A stretch of DNA of 64,000 nucleotides from Candidatus Moraniibacteriota bacterium (GCA_037133435.1 JBAXOD010000001.1:30979-94978); one strand, 5' to 3'. Shown: positions 29,095 to 38,360, counted from the stretch's first letter. Notes: generated by a model not told the origin, from the sequence alone. Numbers and translations: made by a program.

Positions 29095-30162
29095 TTACCG
29101 GTGAACGACGCCGAGAAACCCGTTGAGAGACATCTGTGAAAACGGTGTCGTGACGAGATATCGCACGTAGGCATCGCGGGGTGATTCCGTCTTGATCGGA
29201 CAGGCGGCCTCGTAGGCCGCGATATCCGCCTCTGTCAGTGTCGGGTGGTTCAGATCCTGACCGCCCATCATGGGGTACATGACCGAGCTCTGGTCTTCCG
29301 CCACGTGTTCCTCTATACCGAGTGCGTGTCCGAATTCGTGCGCCAGGACAAGGCGGAGATCGTCGGCGTTTTCGAACTGATAGACGGTGATGGAACGCAG
29401 CGGGGATTCGTAGAGTCCCTCGACGAACGGTTGCGGTTCCCCGTACATGGAGCGAAAATCGGCCAGGTTCTTTTTTACCGAGTCCGTTTTCTGGTTAAGC
29501 GTTCCCGTGGTCGCGTTTATCTTGTTCGCGGTCGCGGAGAGTCGTTCCGATTCCTTGCTGATGGCGGACTGTTCCCCTTGGAGCGAGTTCTGTCTTTTTT
29601 CGAACGAGGCGATCTTATCCGGTGTGGCGCCGCCCGCGGCGTTCGCCTTGCGTACGTCTTCGTTGTATGAGGCGAGATCTTTCTCATACGTCCGTATCCG
29701 AAGATCCAGGGCGCCCTTGTCGCGCTCGAAACCGGCCCTCAGCCCGTCATAGGCGCCCTTAAGCGCGGTTGCCGTCTCATTGTACCGTTCGATGCTTTCG
29801 TCGAGCGACTGCTTGTCATAGGTCATTTTCTGGCGATCGTCGAATACGGTCGTCACTACGAACGACGCGGTCGGGTCGTACACGAAAAGGTCCTTTCGCA
29901 AAGGACGTTCCCAGACGGATTCCGCCTCCATCGCCGTACGAAGGAAAGCCTTTCGATCGAGAGGAAACCGACTGTCTACCGCGCCGAGCTTCCAATAGAT
30001 CGGGGTATCGCAACCCGGTCGGCTTTCGGGAAGATGAAAAATATTCGACGAAACGGATAATGCCGTTCCGACGGAAAAAAATCCGAGGGCGAACAGGAAA
30101 AAAAGTCTCCGGATCTGTTGTATCGGTTGTGGTCGCATAGTGATACTGTATGACATCGGCAC
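29095..30162 (-). CDS. Secreted metzincin-type zinc metalloprotease with a long coiled-coil insertion
   Basis: HEFGHALGIEEH (HExxHxxGxxH) with a downstream Met-turn (SVMYPMM). N-terminal signal/TM. The central region is Q/E/K-rich and predicted coiled coil. Confidence 0.65.
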   Translation of the reverse strand: MPMSYSITMRPQPIQQIRRLFFLFALGFFSVGTALSVSSNIFHLPESRPGCDTPIYWKLGAVDSRFPLDRKAFLRTAMEAESVWERPLRKDLFVYDPTASFVVTTVFDDRQKMTYDKQSLDESIERYNETATALKGAYDGLRAGFERDKGALDLRIRTYEKDLASYNEDVRKANAAGGATPDKIASFEKRQNSLQGEQSAISKESERLSATANKINATTGTLNQKTDSVKKNLADFRSMYGEPQPFVEGLYESPLRSITVYQFENADDLRLVLAHEFGHALGIEEHVAEDQSSVMYPMMGGQDLNHPTLTEADIAAYEAACPIKTESPRDAYVRYLVTTPFSQMSLNGFLGVVHR

Positions 30163-30347
30163 CGTTCTTTCAAGTGAGTGCGCGACCTATGACGATGCAA
30201 TGATCGTGTTCTCTTTTTCGGCTTGGTAATGTTCGCATCCGAATTTTTTTTGGACCGATGTTCACGTGATTTGAAAGGTGGATGAACGATGCGGGTGTCA
30301 TCGGAAATCCGGAGCGGAATTTCACGTATGGACTTGGTGTCGTTCCC

Positions 30348-30424
30348 TTGCCATTTCGATCATGGCATGCTATACTGTAGGTAGCTGAATAGAGATTACA
30401 AGACCGGGTGTCCCGGTCTTTTTA
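30348..30424 (+). promoter_or_regulatory. Promoter (TTGCCA, 17 nt, TATACT) followed by a leader hairpin with a T tract immediately before the start codon
   Basis: -35 at 30348-30353 and -10 at 30371-30376. Hairpin agaccgggtgtcccggtct plus ttttat at 30400-30424, ending 1 nt before the ATG at 30426. Confidence 0.4.
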
Positions 30425-30425
30425 T

Positions 30426-31136
30426 ATGGAAATTCGAGAAAAGAAGCTTGTTAAAAGCAAAAATAGGAATATGACCATCGACAAACACAATCTGACTGAT
30501 CAGCATGAACCGGATCCCGTTACGGAGAATGCCGTCCGGAACGAGTCTTCGTATTTCCTGCTGTTATTGCTCGTTTCAGCATCGTTTTTCGGTTTGCTCG
30601 CGTTCGCGAACGGTGAAGCGATCGATACCGGGATAGAAGCCGATATCGCCACGATGAATACGAAACCATACGTCCGATACAGGAGTCCGATGGAGCGTGA
30701 ACTCGAGAAAATGGTCGATGGACATCCGATCGCGGCCATGATTCCGTATATTTCCAGTCAGGATCCGGAAACGGCGAAGTACCTTGTTTCCATAGCGAAG
30801 CATGAATCCAATTGGGGAACGTTGTCTCCGAAGGATGCCGACGGACAGACGTGTTTCAATTATTGGGGATATCGTGGCGCGGGTGATCGTGTCACCGAAA
30901 GCGGATACTCGTGCTTTGAAAGTCCGAAAGAGGCGATCGCTGTCGTGGGCAAACGGCTTGATTATCTTATCTGGGATCTTCGGCTCAATACGCCAGAGAA
31001 GCTTATCGTGTGGAAGTGCGGAAAGACCTGTGCGGGTCATAGCAGTACGGGCGTCAGGAATTGGATCGATAACGTGGATTATTACTCGAAAAAAGTCGAA
31101 TCGGCTCGCCTTGCGGATTCCACTGTGACCAGATAA
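30426..31136 (+). CDS. Hypothetical secreted protein (possible cell-wall hydrolase-like)
   Basis: N-terminal TM/signal. IAKHESNWG block. No confident family. ATG chosen over the GTG at 30408, which lies inside the leader hairpin. Confidence 0.45.
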   Translation: MEIREKKLVKSKNRNMTIDKHNLTDQHEPDPVTENAVRNESSYFLLLLLVSASFFGLLAFANGEAIDTGIEADIATMNTKPYVRYRSPMERELEKMVDGHPIAAMIPYISSQDPETAKYLVSIAKHESNWGTLSPKDADGQTCFNYWGYRGAGDRVTESGYSCFESPKEAIAVVGKRLDYLIWDLRLNTPEKLIVWKCGKTCAGHSSTGVRNWIDNVDYYSKKVESARLADSTVTR

Positions 31137-31160
31137 TCCGAGGGTAGGATAGGCAGGTTG

Positions 31161-31190
31161 AAAAAACCCCGATTTGATTCGGAGTTTTTC
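31161..31190 (+). terminator. Weak rho-independent terminator
   Basis: aaccccgatttgattcggagttttt. Confidence 0.35.
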
Positions 31191-31239
31191 TTCGTCGAGG
31201 AGGTGGTCGGGTTGCCCGGATAGGCTTTCCAGAGCGATA

Positions 31240-31295
31240 TTTGACGGGATTTTGACTTGTGCTATAATGACTCTTGCAACCACTATATATAGTTG
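31240..31295 (+). promoter_or_regulatory. Strong sigma70 promoter with a NrdR-box-like palindrome upstream of nrdD
   Basis: TTGACG at 31240-31245, a 17 nt spacer, and an extended -10 TGcTATAAT at 31260-31268. The CACTATATATAGTTG palindrome at 31281-31295 matches the NrdR box consensus (acacwAtATaTwgtgt). Confidence 0.55.
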
Positions 31296-31325
31296 AAATC
31301 ATAACGATTAAACACAAACACGGGT

Positions 31326-33473
31326 ATGGCAACGGGGAAAAAAATCCGAACGGGAACGGTCGCGCCGAAACGGGGGAAAGGAGCGAAAAAAACGTCGAAA
31401 AAAACCGATTCGAAAGCCGTAAAAAAGGCCGTTCGGACGGCGGGTATCGGGAAGATCGTCAAGCGTGACGGACGCACGGTACCGTTCGAGGAAGCGAAAA
31501 TCGTTACCGCCATCGGCAAAGCGCTCGAGGCGACCGGCGAAGGAAGTGTTTCCGAGGCGAAGAAGGTCGCTGCGAAGACGGTGCATCTTCTCCGAAAGGA
31601 TTTCAAGAACGGGATCATGCCGTCGGTCGAGGACGTGCAGGACGTGGTCGAGCGGGTGCTCATGATTCTTGATTTCGAGGAGACCGCGAAATCGTACATT
31701 CTCTATCGTGAGGAGCGGCGCAAGCTGCGCGAAATCGAGAAGTCCCTCGACGACTCGTCCGACCTCGTGGACAAGTATCTGATGGAAATGGACTGGCGGG
31801 TCAAGGAAAACGCGAACATGGCGTACTCGCTTCAGGGACTGAACAATTATCTCGCGTCCATCGTCAGTTCGCGCTATTGGATGAATCGTGTCTATCCCGC
31901 GGAGATCCGCAAGGCGCACGAGGGCGGGGACGTGCATCTTCACGACCTGCAGCAGATTTCGGCGTATTGCTGCGGTTGGGACCTGCATGATCTGATCCGG
32001 CGCGGGTTTACGGGTGTTCCGGGAAAGATCTCCTCGGGTCCGGCGAAGCATTTCGGTGCCGTGCTCGGACAGATGGTGAACTTCATCTATACGCTCCAAG
32101 GAGAGGTCGCCGGTGCGCAGGCATTCTCGAACTTCGATACGCTGTTGGCGCCTTTCGTACGCTACGACAAACTGTCCTACAAGCAGGTCAAACAGGAGAT
32201 GCAGTCGTTCGTCTTCAACATGAACGTCTCGACCCGGGTCGGGTTCCAGACCCCGTTCTCGAACATCACGCTCGACATCACCGCCCCGAAGGCGCTCGCG
32301 AGCCAGTCAGTCATCATCGGCGCGGAACCGAGAAAAGAGACCTACGGTGAGTTCCAAGACGAGATGAACATGATCAATCGCGCGTTCGCGGAAGTCATGA
32401 TGGAAGGGGATTCGAGCGGTCGAGTGTTCACGTTTCCGATCCCGACCTACAACATCACCAAGGAATTCGACTGGGAGGACGACCGTTTCCGACCGATATG
32501 GGAAATGACGGCCAAATACGGTATCCCGTACTTCGCGAATTTCGTGAACTCGGATATGGATCCCGAGGATGCGCGCTCGATGTGCTGCAGACTCCGGCTC
32601 GACAACCGAGAACTGCATAAGCGCGGCGGAGGACTGTTCGGTGCGGCCCCGTTGACCGGGTCCGTCGGCGTGGCGACCGTCAACCTGCCCCGTATCGGAT
32701 ATCTCGCGAAGGATGAGAAGGATTTTTTCGAGCGGCTTGAGAAGAACATGGATATCGCCAAGGCGAGTCTCGAGATAAAGCGCAAGCTCGTCGAACAGAT
32801 GACCGACCGCGGGCTGTACCCCTACACCAAATTCTATCTGGCACCGATCAAACAGCGTCGAGGGGAGTACTGGGCGAACCATTTCTCCACCATCGGACTT
32901 ATCGGCATGAACGAGGCGATTCTGAATCTTCTCGGTACCGATATCACGACGAAGAAAGGGCAGTCGTTCGCCGAGAAGACGCTCGAACGGATGCGGAAGA
33001 GGATCATCGGTTATCAGAAGGAGACCGGAAACCTCTACAACCTCGAGGCGACGCCGGGAGAAGGGACGTCCCACCGTCTGGCCGCGATCGACCGGGAGCG
33101 ATACAAGGATATCGTGTTCGCGAACGACGAGGCGGTCCGGAAGCACGGAGCGCAGCCGTATTACACCAACTCGTCCCAATTGCCGGTCGGATATACCGAC
33201 GATATCTTCGAGGCCCTCAACCTTCAGGACAAGCTGCAGACGAAATACACGGGCGGAACGGTGCTGCACGGCTTCCTCGGGGAGCGTATCTGGGACGTGG
33301 ACGCGACGAAGAACCTGGTCCGACGCATCGCCGAGAAGTACAAGCTGCCATATTTCACCCTGACCCCGACCTTCAGTGTCTGTCCGGTGCACGGATATAT
33401 CGCAGGCGAGCACCATGTGTGTCCGCAGTGCGTCGCGGAATCCGCCGTGAAGGAATACGTGATTGCGGAGTGA
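31326..33473 (+). CDS. nrdD: Anaerobic ribonucleoside-triphosphate reductase (class III) catalytic subunit, ending after its zinc ribbon
   Basis: N-terminal ATP-cone (VKRDGRTVPFEEAKIVTAI). C-terminal TPTFSVCPVHGY...HHVCPQC zinc site. There is no RxxGY glycyl-radical motif in this ORF. Confidence 0.85.
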   Translation: MATGKKIRTGTVAPKRGKGAKKTSKKTDSKAVKKAVRTAGIGKIVKRDGRTVPFEEAKIVTAIGKALEATGEGSVSEAKKVAAKTVHLLRKDFKNGIMPSVEDVQDVVERVLMILDFEETAKSYILYREERRKLREIEKSLDDSSDLVDKYLMEMDWRVKENANMAYSLQGLNNYLASIVSSRYWMNRVYPAEIRKAHEGGDVHLHDLQQISAYCCGWDLHDLIRRGFTGVPGKISSGPAKHFGAVLGQMVNFIYTLQGEVAGAQAFSNFDTLLAPFVRYDKLSYKQVKQEMQSFVFNMNVSTRVGFQTPFSNITLDITAPKALASQSVIIGAEPRKETYGEFQDEMNMINRAFAEVMMEGDSSGRVFTFPIPTYNITKEFDWEDDRFRPIWEMTAKYGIPYFANFVNSDMDPEDARSMCCRLRLDNRELHKRGGGLFGAAPLTGSVGVATVNLPRIGYLAKDEKDFFERLEKNMDIAKASLEIKRKLVEQMTDRGLYPYTKFYLAPIKQRRGEYWANHFSTIGLIGMNEAILNLLGTDITTKKGQSFAEKTLERMRKRIIGYQKETGNLYNLEATPGEGTSHRLAAIDRERYKDIVFANDEAVRKHGAQPYYTNSSQLPVGYTDDIFEALNLQDKLQTKYTGGTVLHGFLGERIWDVDATKNLVRRIAEKYKLPYFTLTPTFSVCPVHGYIAGEHHVCPQCVAESAVKEYVIAE

Positions 33474-33568
33474 CCGTTTTCAGATAGTGGATAACAGTGA
33501 ACAGGGAACTGCGGAATTGATTCGAAATGTTAAGTAATAATATAATAATAAGTCGGTAACACAAACAT

Positions 33569-33835
33569 ATGCAGAAACACATCTGCCATGACTGCAAGAA
33601 GGAAATCGGAAAGGGTGGGAAATTCATGCCGTACGAGGCGGCCGGCTCGTCGTTCGTGAAGTGCGAGACGTGCCACAATGCCGACCCGGTGTTGCGGAAT
33701 TTCCAGGAAGCCGAAGTTTATTCCCGCATCGTGGGGTATATCCGCCCCATCAAGCAGTGGAACAAGGCGAAGCGCCAGGAGTTCCAGGACCGCATGACGT
33801 TCGCATCCGCTTCGGTCTGCGACTGCTCGTCGTAA
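33569..33835 (+). CDS. Stand-alone zinc-ribbon plus glycyl-radical domain protein of the NrdD type
   Basis: CHDC...CETC zinc ribbon, then EVYSRIVGYIRPIKQWNKAKRQEFQDR. This is the canonical class III RNR C-terminal glycyl-radical segment. Confidence 0.6.
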   Translation: MQKHICHDCKKEIGKGGKFMPYEAAGSSFVKCETCHNADPVLRNFQEAEVYSRIVGYIRPIKQWNKAKRQEFQDRMTFASASVCDCSS

Positions 33836-33904
33836 TCGGTATTTTTGAAATGAGGAGGGCCCGCGTTTGTGAAACGAACGCGGGTTGTCCGTCTTCGTAA
33901 CGGT

Positions 33905-34606
33905 ATGTTGATCGCCGGATTCCAAAAAATGACCCTGATCGATTATCCGGGGAAGATCGCCACGACCGTGTTTACGGTCGGGTGTAATTTCCGTTGCCCG
34001 TTCTGCCATAATCCGGAGACCGTCATACCATCGCCCGAGTCACTCCGGTCGTTTGTCGGTCGGGAAGGGGAATTCTTCGCGTTTCTCGCGAAGCGGAAAG
34101 GGATGCTCGACGGGGTCTGCATCACCGGAGGGGAACCGACCGTCCAGCGCGATATCATGCCGTTCATTCGTCGTATCAAGAAGATGGGTTTTCTGGTCAA
34201 GCTTGATTCGAACGGGACAAACCCGGAAATTCTCGAGAAAATCTTTCACGAGGGACTTGCCGACTTTGTCGCCATGGACATCAAGAATAATCCGGACCGG
34301 TATTCGGAGACGGCGGGGGTGCCGGTGGATACGGATCGGATCGCGAAGAGCGTACGGCTCGTTATGGAAAGCGGCATCGACTACGAGTTCCGGACGACGG
34401 TCGTGCCCGGTATCCATACGGAGGAGGACTTCGACGGTATCGCCGCGCTCATCAGGGGTGCGCGCGCGTACTATCTGCAGGAATATCGGGACGCGATCAT
34501 CCTCGATCCGACTTTGAAGGAACGGATGAAGGGAAAGACGATCGATCTCGATAAGATAGCGGAAAGGATGAAAAAGTCCGTGAAGCATGTCGGGATCCGG
34601 AGGTGA
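33905..34606 (+). CDS. nrdG: Anaerobic ribonucleotide reductase activating protein (radical SAM)
   Basis: GCNFRCPFCHNPE radical-SAM cluster motif. Start placed at MLIAGF. The ORF track begins at 33869. Confidence 0.8.
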   Translation: MLIAGFQKMTLIDYPGKIATTVFTVGCNFRCPFCHNPETVIPSPESLRSFVGREGEFFAFLAKRKGMLDGVCITGGEPTVQRDIMPFIRRIKKMGFLVKLDSNGTNPEILEKIFHEGLADFVAMDIKNNPDRYSETAGVPVDTDRIAKSVRLVMESGIDYEFRTTVVPGIHTEEDFDGIAALIRGARAYYLQEYRDAIILDPTLKERMKGKTIDLDKIAERMKKSVKHVGIRR

Positions 34607-34790
34607 GGCAGATAACAGATAACAGATAATACCAGATGAACGTACACTATTACTTTTTTTATCCCGCTCAGATTCCCGCCTTCGCGGGAATGACAGTGTG
34701 TTAATCGCCCTATTGATTACGTTGATTCGGTATAACAGATAACAGGGAACGGGGAACAGGGAACTGGGAACAGGGAACAATGATAGTGTG
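34607..34790. repeat. Heptamer-periodic low-complexity spacer (CAGATAA and GGGAACA units)
   Basis: cagataacagataacagataa directly after the nrdG stop, and gggaacggggaacagggaactgggaacagggaac at 34750-34785. The same k-mers recur after other stop codons at 10677, 33474 and 53941. Confidence 0.5.
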
Positions 34791-34837
34791 CGTGTGTCGT
34801 ATAGACGGGACATATCCAGTTTTTACGGCAAGCGAAT

Positions 34838-34866
34838 AAAAAACACCCCGATTGGGGTGTTTTTTC
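34838..34866. terminator. Bidirectional rho-independent terminator
   Basis: aaaaaacaccccgattggggtgtttttt. Confidence 0.75.
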
Positions 34867-34879
34867 TGGGAGGGAGGAC

Positions 34880-35050
34880 TTATAAGAGTCCCATGTTCCC
34901 GAAGAGGGTGAGGGTGATCACCGGCATGAGCGCCAGGAGGAACGCGAACGCGAGTTCCTCGTTCGCCGCCCGCTTGGAGCATTCGGGGCAGTTCGTGCAC
35001 CCCGCGCTTCCGCCGTGAACCTCACCGGAAGAAACCTGGTTGGTCTCCAT
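34880..35050 (-). CDS. Unannotated small ORF (56 aa) with a CxxCxxC motif and a C-terminal hydrophobic helix
   Basis: My own translation gives METNQVSSGEVHGGSAGCTNCPECSKRAANEELAFAFLLALMPVITLTLFGNMGLL. It is below the 60 aa ORF-track cutoff. It ends at the bidirectional terminator. Confidence 0.25.
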   Translation of the reverse strand: METNQVSSGEVHGGSAGCTNCPECSKRAANEELAFAFLLALMPVITLTLFGNMGLL

Positions 35051-35337
35051 AGGTTTGTGTTACTTATTAGGCTCTTCAAAAAAGAAAAACGGATTCCCCC
35101 TGAGGGGCACCCGTTTCACTTCTACAGACAGTATACACTCTTTATCGGTCGGAGTCAAATGAAACTTACAACTAACGACCCACAACTGACAACGGAAGCC
35201 AGAAAATGATACGAATGTTGGGAGTGGGAAAATATTTCAAGAAGAAACGACGAAGCATAAGGATAGATTAAAAAAAGAAGCGTGTCATTTGGATCACGCT
35301 CCTATGATTTCCGTCATTATAAATTGTCTTTCGATGA

Positions 35338-36033
35338 TTATTCTTCGGAAGGCAAAAGAGTCTCCTTGAGCGAAAGACCGATTTCAGATAATCGTGATTT
35401 CACTTCAGCCAACGTTCTGGTGCCGAAGTTATTGATCTTGAGTAATTCAGTATCGGTCATACATATCAGATCCCCGACCGTAAAGATTTCAGATGAATAC
35501 AGACATCTACCCGCTCTTGTCGATAGGCGGAGCGCGTCTATTCCTAATCCGGATTTCTCCTCGAGGATCGGTTCGCGTTCCTTCCGTAGAGATTCTGCGT
35601 ACTTTATATAAGAAAAGACAAAATCGTCAAAATACGAATACATCGAATTCTTATTGTTGATTCCGCTTGTGCACTGAATTCTGGCCTCGAAGCGCATCTC
35701 GACTTTTACCCGATAATCGGGCAATTCTTCACTGAGGGTAGGTGGGCAAAGGTAAAGTTCAATCGTCAAGCGGTATGTGGAACCGTTTTTCCGGAGAAGC
35801 TTCGATGCAAGATAACGAGACTGTCTCGATGATTTTGGCTGATGGCAACTGTTCCGTGTTCTTCCATCGAACTCAATGGAGTAGAAACGAGGAGAATTGA
35901 TAGTGATCGACTCCGGACTTACTGGCACGCGCCATTTATGCTTATTGAATCGCGCGGTGTTCCTGAATGCCGTTGCGAGTTCCTCGTCGGCGAGCGGCCC
36001 GTTGATAATTGCGATAAGAGTTTGTTCGGTCAT
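35338..36033 (-). CDS. Protein with an RNA polymerase alpha C-terminal-domain-like HhH module fused to an unrelated N-terminal domain
   Basis: The C-terminal GLGIDALRLSTRAGRCLYSSEIFTVGDLICMTDTELLKINNFGTRTLAEVKSRLSEIGLSL matches the alpha-CTD signature (LS.R..N.L......VG.L......EL.KI.N.G.KSL.EI...L...GL.L). The N-terminal 150 aa show no RpoA NTD similarity. Confidence 0.6.
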   Translation of the reverse strand: MTEQTLIAIINGPLADEELATAFRNTARFNKHKWRVPVSPESITINSPRFYSIEFDGRTRNSCHQPKSSRQSRYLASKLLRKNGSTYRLTIELYLCPPTLSEELPDYRVKVEMRFEARIQCTSGINNKNSMYSYFDDFVFSYIKYAESLRKEREPILEEKSGLGIDALRLSTRAGRCLYSSEIFTVGDLICMTDTELLKINNFGTRTLAEVKSRLSEIGLSLKETLLPSEE

Positions 36034-36220
36034 GTGATGACTCCTTGTAGGTTAGGTTGTTAAAATGCAATAAATGAGTGATTCGTAGTGTAGTTTGTTG
36101 TATTTTATCCGTCAAGTCGAATATGTAGCGTATTTCTTTGACATTTTTCTGGCGATGCGGCATAATGGGTACGCGAAGAAAAGGGCGATGGCGCCTTTTT
36201 ATTTTTCGACATTTTCACCG

Positions 36221-36277
36221 CTCCTCCACCCCTCACCTTCGAGGACTCAGGAGCTCCCCTTGAAAAGGGGAGCAGGA
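36221..36277. repeat. Dispersed ~57 nt hairpin-containing repeat element, copy A
   Basis: ctcctccacccctcac, a 16 nt spacer, then gagctccccttgaaaaggggagcaggaa. Copy B is at 61713-61770 (ctcccacccctca, 16 nt, agctcccctcaggcaggggagcaggaag). Confidence 0.5.
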
Positions 36278-36356
36278 ATTCTTTATTTTTATTTTTCGAG
36301 CGATTTTATCCCCTTTCGTCCCATTTCACCTATTTCATCCCATTTGATTCACGACT

Positions 36357-38144
36357 ATGCATATACGAAACATCGCCATCATCGCGCACGTCGACCACGG
36401 CAAGACGACTTTGACCGACGGGTTGCTCAAGCAGACCGGGTACGCCCAGGAGGGCTTCTCCATGGACACGAACGCACTCGAGAAGGAACGGGGCATCACC
36501 ATCTACGCGAAGAATGCCTCGCTGTATTACAAGGATACGAAGATCAACATCGTGGACACCCCGGGGCATGCCGACTTCGGCAGCGAGGTGGAACGGGTGC
36601 TTCGTTCGATCGACGACGTGGTGTTGGTGGTGGACGCGCAGGAAGGCCCTATGCCGCAGACACGCTTCGTCTTGAAGAAGTCGCTCGAGCTCGGTCTCCG
36701 TCCGATCGTGGTGCTCAACAAGATCGACAAGCCGGCCGCACGACCGGAAATCGTCGCCGAGCTGGTGTACGAGCTCTTCTTGGATCTCGGGGCAACCGAC
36801 GAACAGCTCGATTTCCCGATCCTGTATGCCATCGCCCGCGAGGGCATCGCGAAGCGCTCGCTTGAAGAGACCGGTATCGACCTGTCTCCGATCCTCGATA
36901 CGATCCTTGAGCGCGTTCCGGAGGCGCTCCACGACTCGGAGGCCCCGCTTCGTATCCAGCCGTTCAATCTCGGCTATGACAACTTCCTCGGACGCATCGC
37001 CGTGGCCCGCGTGTACGAGGGTAAGGTGAAGACCGGGGAGCAGATCCTCATCCGCAATGCGCAGGGAAAGTCCGAAAGCGGACGTATCGTGAAAATCTTC
37101 ACGTTCAAAGGACTCGACCGTGAGGAGATCCCGGTCGCGAACGCGGGGGATATCGTCCTCTTGGCGGGGCTTCCGAACGTCGAGATCGGCGATACGATTT
37201 CCACGACGGCCGAACAAGAACTGTTGCCGGCCATCGACATCGACGAACCGACCATCTCGCTCTTCTTCCTCGTCAATGATAGCCCGTTCGCCGGACGCGA
37301 GGGCAAGTACGTGACGAATCAGCAGCTTCGCGAGCGTCTGGAGAAGGAACTCGAGATCAATGTGGGACTCAAGATCGACTTTTCCGAGAATGACCGGTAC
37401 AAGGTCTATGGCCGCGGGGAGCTTCACATCGCGATTCTGCTTGAGAACATGCGCCGGGAAGGGTACGAGACACAGGTCTCGCAGCCGCAGGTCATCATCA
37501 AGGAAGTGGACGGCGTGAAACAAGAACCGTTCGAGGAGGTGACGATAGAATGTCCGGCGGCATCGTCGGGCACGGTCATCGAGAAGCTCGGCCGCCGCAA
37601 GGGATTCATGATCGAGATGAAAGAGGGAAGCGGCGGATACCAGCGATTGCTGTTCGAAGCGCCGACGCGCGGACTCTTGGGCTATCGCAACGAGTTCATC
37701 ATTGATACGCGCGGAGAGGGGATATTCTCGAGCCGGTTCATCGGCTTCCGAACGTACGTGGGCGAAATCTCGCATCGCGACGTAGGTTCGATGATCTCCA
37801 TGATCGCGGGCAAGACGGCCGCATTCGCACTCGACAATCTGCAGACGCGTGGAACGCTCTATATCGGCCCAGGGGTCGAGATATACGAGGGATTGGTCGT
37901 GGGCAACACTTCCAAGGGTTCCGACATGGCGGTGAATCCGGTAAAGGGCAAGAACCTGACGAACATGCGTTCATCGGGTGCAGACGAGGCACTCAAGCTT
38001 TCCCCGCCGTGGGAACTGACGATCGAGCGTGGACTCGAGATCATGTCCAATGACGAATACCTGGAGGTGACGCCCGAGAGCGTACGACTGCGCAAACAGG
38101 TATTGAACGAGACCGAACGCGTCCGGGTGGGACGGAAGAAGTAA
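36357..38144 (+). CDS. typA: Translational GTPase BipA/TypA
   Basis: [20 protein letters not shown]1 motif, [13 protein letters not shown], and the EF-G-like domain order ending in the BipA-specific C-terminal domain. Confidence 0.9.
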   Translation: MHIRNIAIIAHVDHGKTTLTDGLLKQTGYAQEGFSMDTNALEKERGITIYAKNASLYYKDTKINIVDTPGHADFGSEVERVLRSIDDVVLVVDAQEGPMPQTRFVLKKSLELGLRPIVVLNKIDKPAARPEIVAELVYELFLDLGATDEQLDFPILYAIAREGIAKRSLEETGIDLSPILDTILERVPEALHDSEAPLRIQPFNLGYDNFLGRIAVARVYEGKVKTGEQILIRNAQGKSESGRIVKIFTFKGLDREEIPVANAGDIVLLAGLPNVEIGDTISTTAEQELLPAIDIDEPTISLFFLVNDSPFAGREGKYVTNQQLRERLEKELEINVGLKIDFSENDRYKVYGRGELHIAILLENMRREGYETQVSQPQVIIKEVDGVKQEPFEEVTIECPAASSGTVIEKLGRRKGFMIEMKEGSGGYQRLLFEAPTRGLLGYRNEFIIDTRGEGIFSSRFIGFRTYVGEISHRDVGSMISMIAGKTAAFALDNLQTRGTLYIGPGVEIYEGLVVGNTSKGSDMAVNPVKGKNLTNMRSSGADEALKLSPPWELTIERGLEIMSNDEYLEVTPESVRLRKQVLNETERVRVGRKK

Positions 38145-38155
38145 GGATGAACGTA

Positions 38156-38228
38156 CAATTTACAACTTACAACTTACAACTCATAACTTACAACTTACAA
38201 CTCACAACTCACAACTTACAACTTACAA
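38156..38228. repeat. Tandem heptanucleotide repeat (ACAACTT/ACAACTC, about 10 units)
   Basis: acaatttacaacttacaacttacaactcataacttacaacttacaactcacaactcacaacttacaacttacaa, located 12 nt after the typA stop. Confidence 0.8.
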
Positions 38229-38332
38229 AAAATCCGACACAACACCGCTGAGCGGAAGTATTGGATAGGTTCGAAAAGATGGACTGACAACGTATCACCC
38301 GCAAAGGTGAAAGAAAAGGAAATAATGAATAC

Positions 38333-38360
38333 CAAAAAATCGGCATGTGCCGATTTTTTG
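38333..38360. terminator. Bidirectional rho-independent terminator
   Basis: aaaaaatcggcatgtgccgatttttt. Confidence 0.75.

Noticed and set aside
30408-30425. GTG start used by the ORF track for the 30408..31136 gene
   Set aside because: The GTG lies inside the leader hairpin. The ATG at 30426 gives a normal N-terminus.
34040-34813. 257 aa minus-strand ORF overlapping nrdG
   Set aside because: It is antisense to a gene carrying the radical-SAM motif and spans the heptamer spacer and terminator. Not credible as coding.
36330-37775. 481 aa minus-strand ORF antisense to typA
   Set aside because: It overlaps the well-supported typA gene. Its Arg/Asp-rich, low-complexity translation is characteristic of a non-coding frame.
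38156-38228. Possible CRISPR array
   Set aside because: This is a contiguous 7 nt microsatellite with no spacers, and there are no cas genes. No CRISPR repeat-spacer periodicity is present anywhere in the window.
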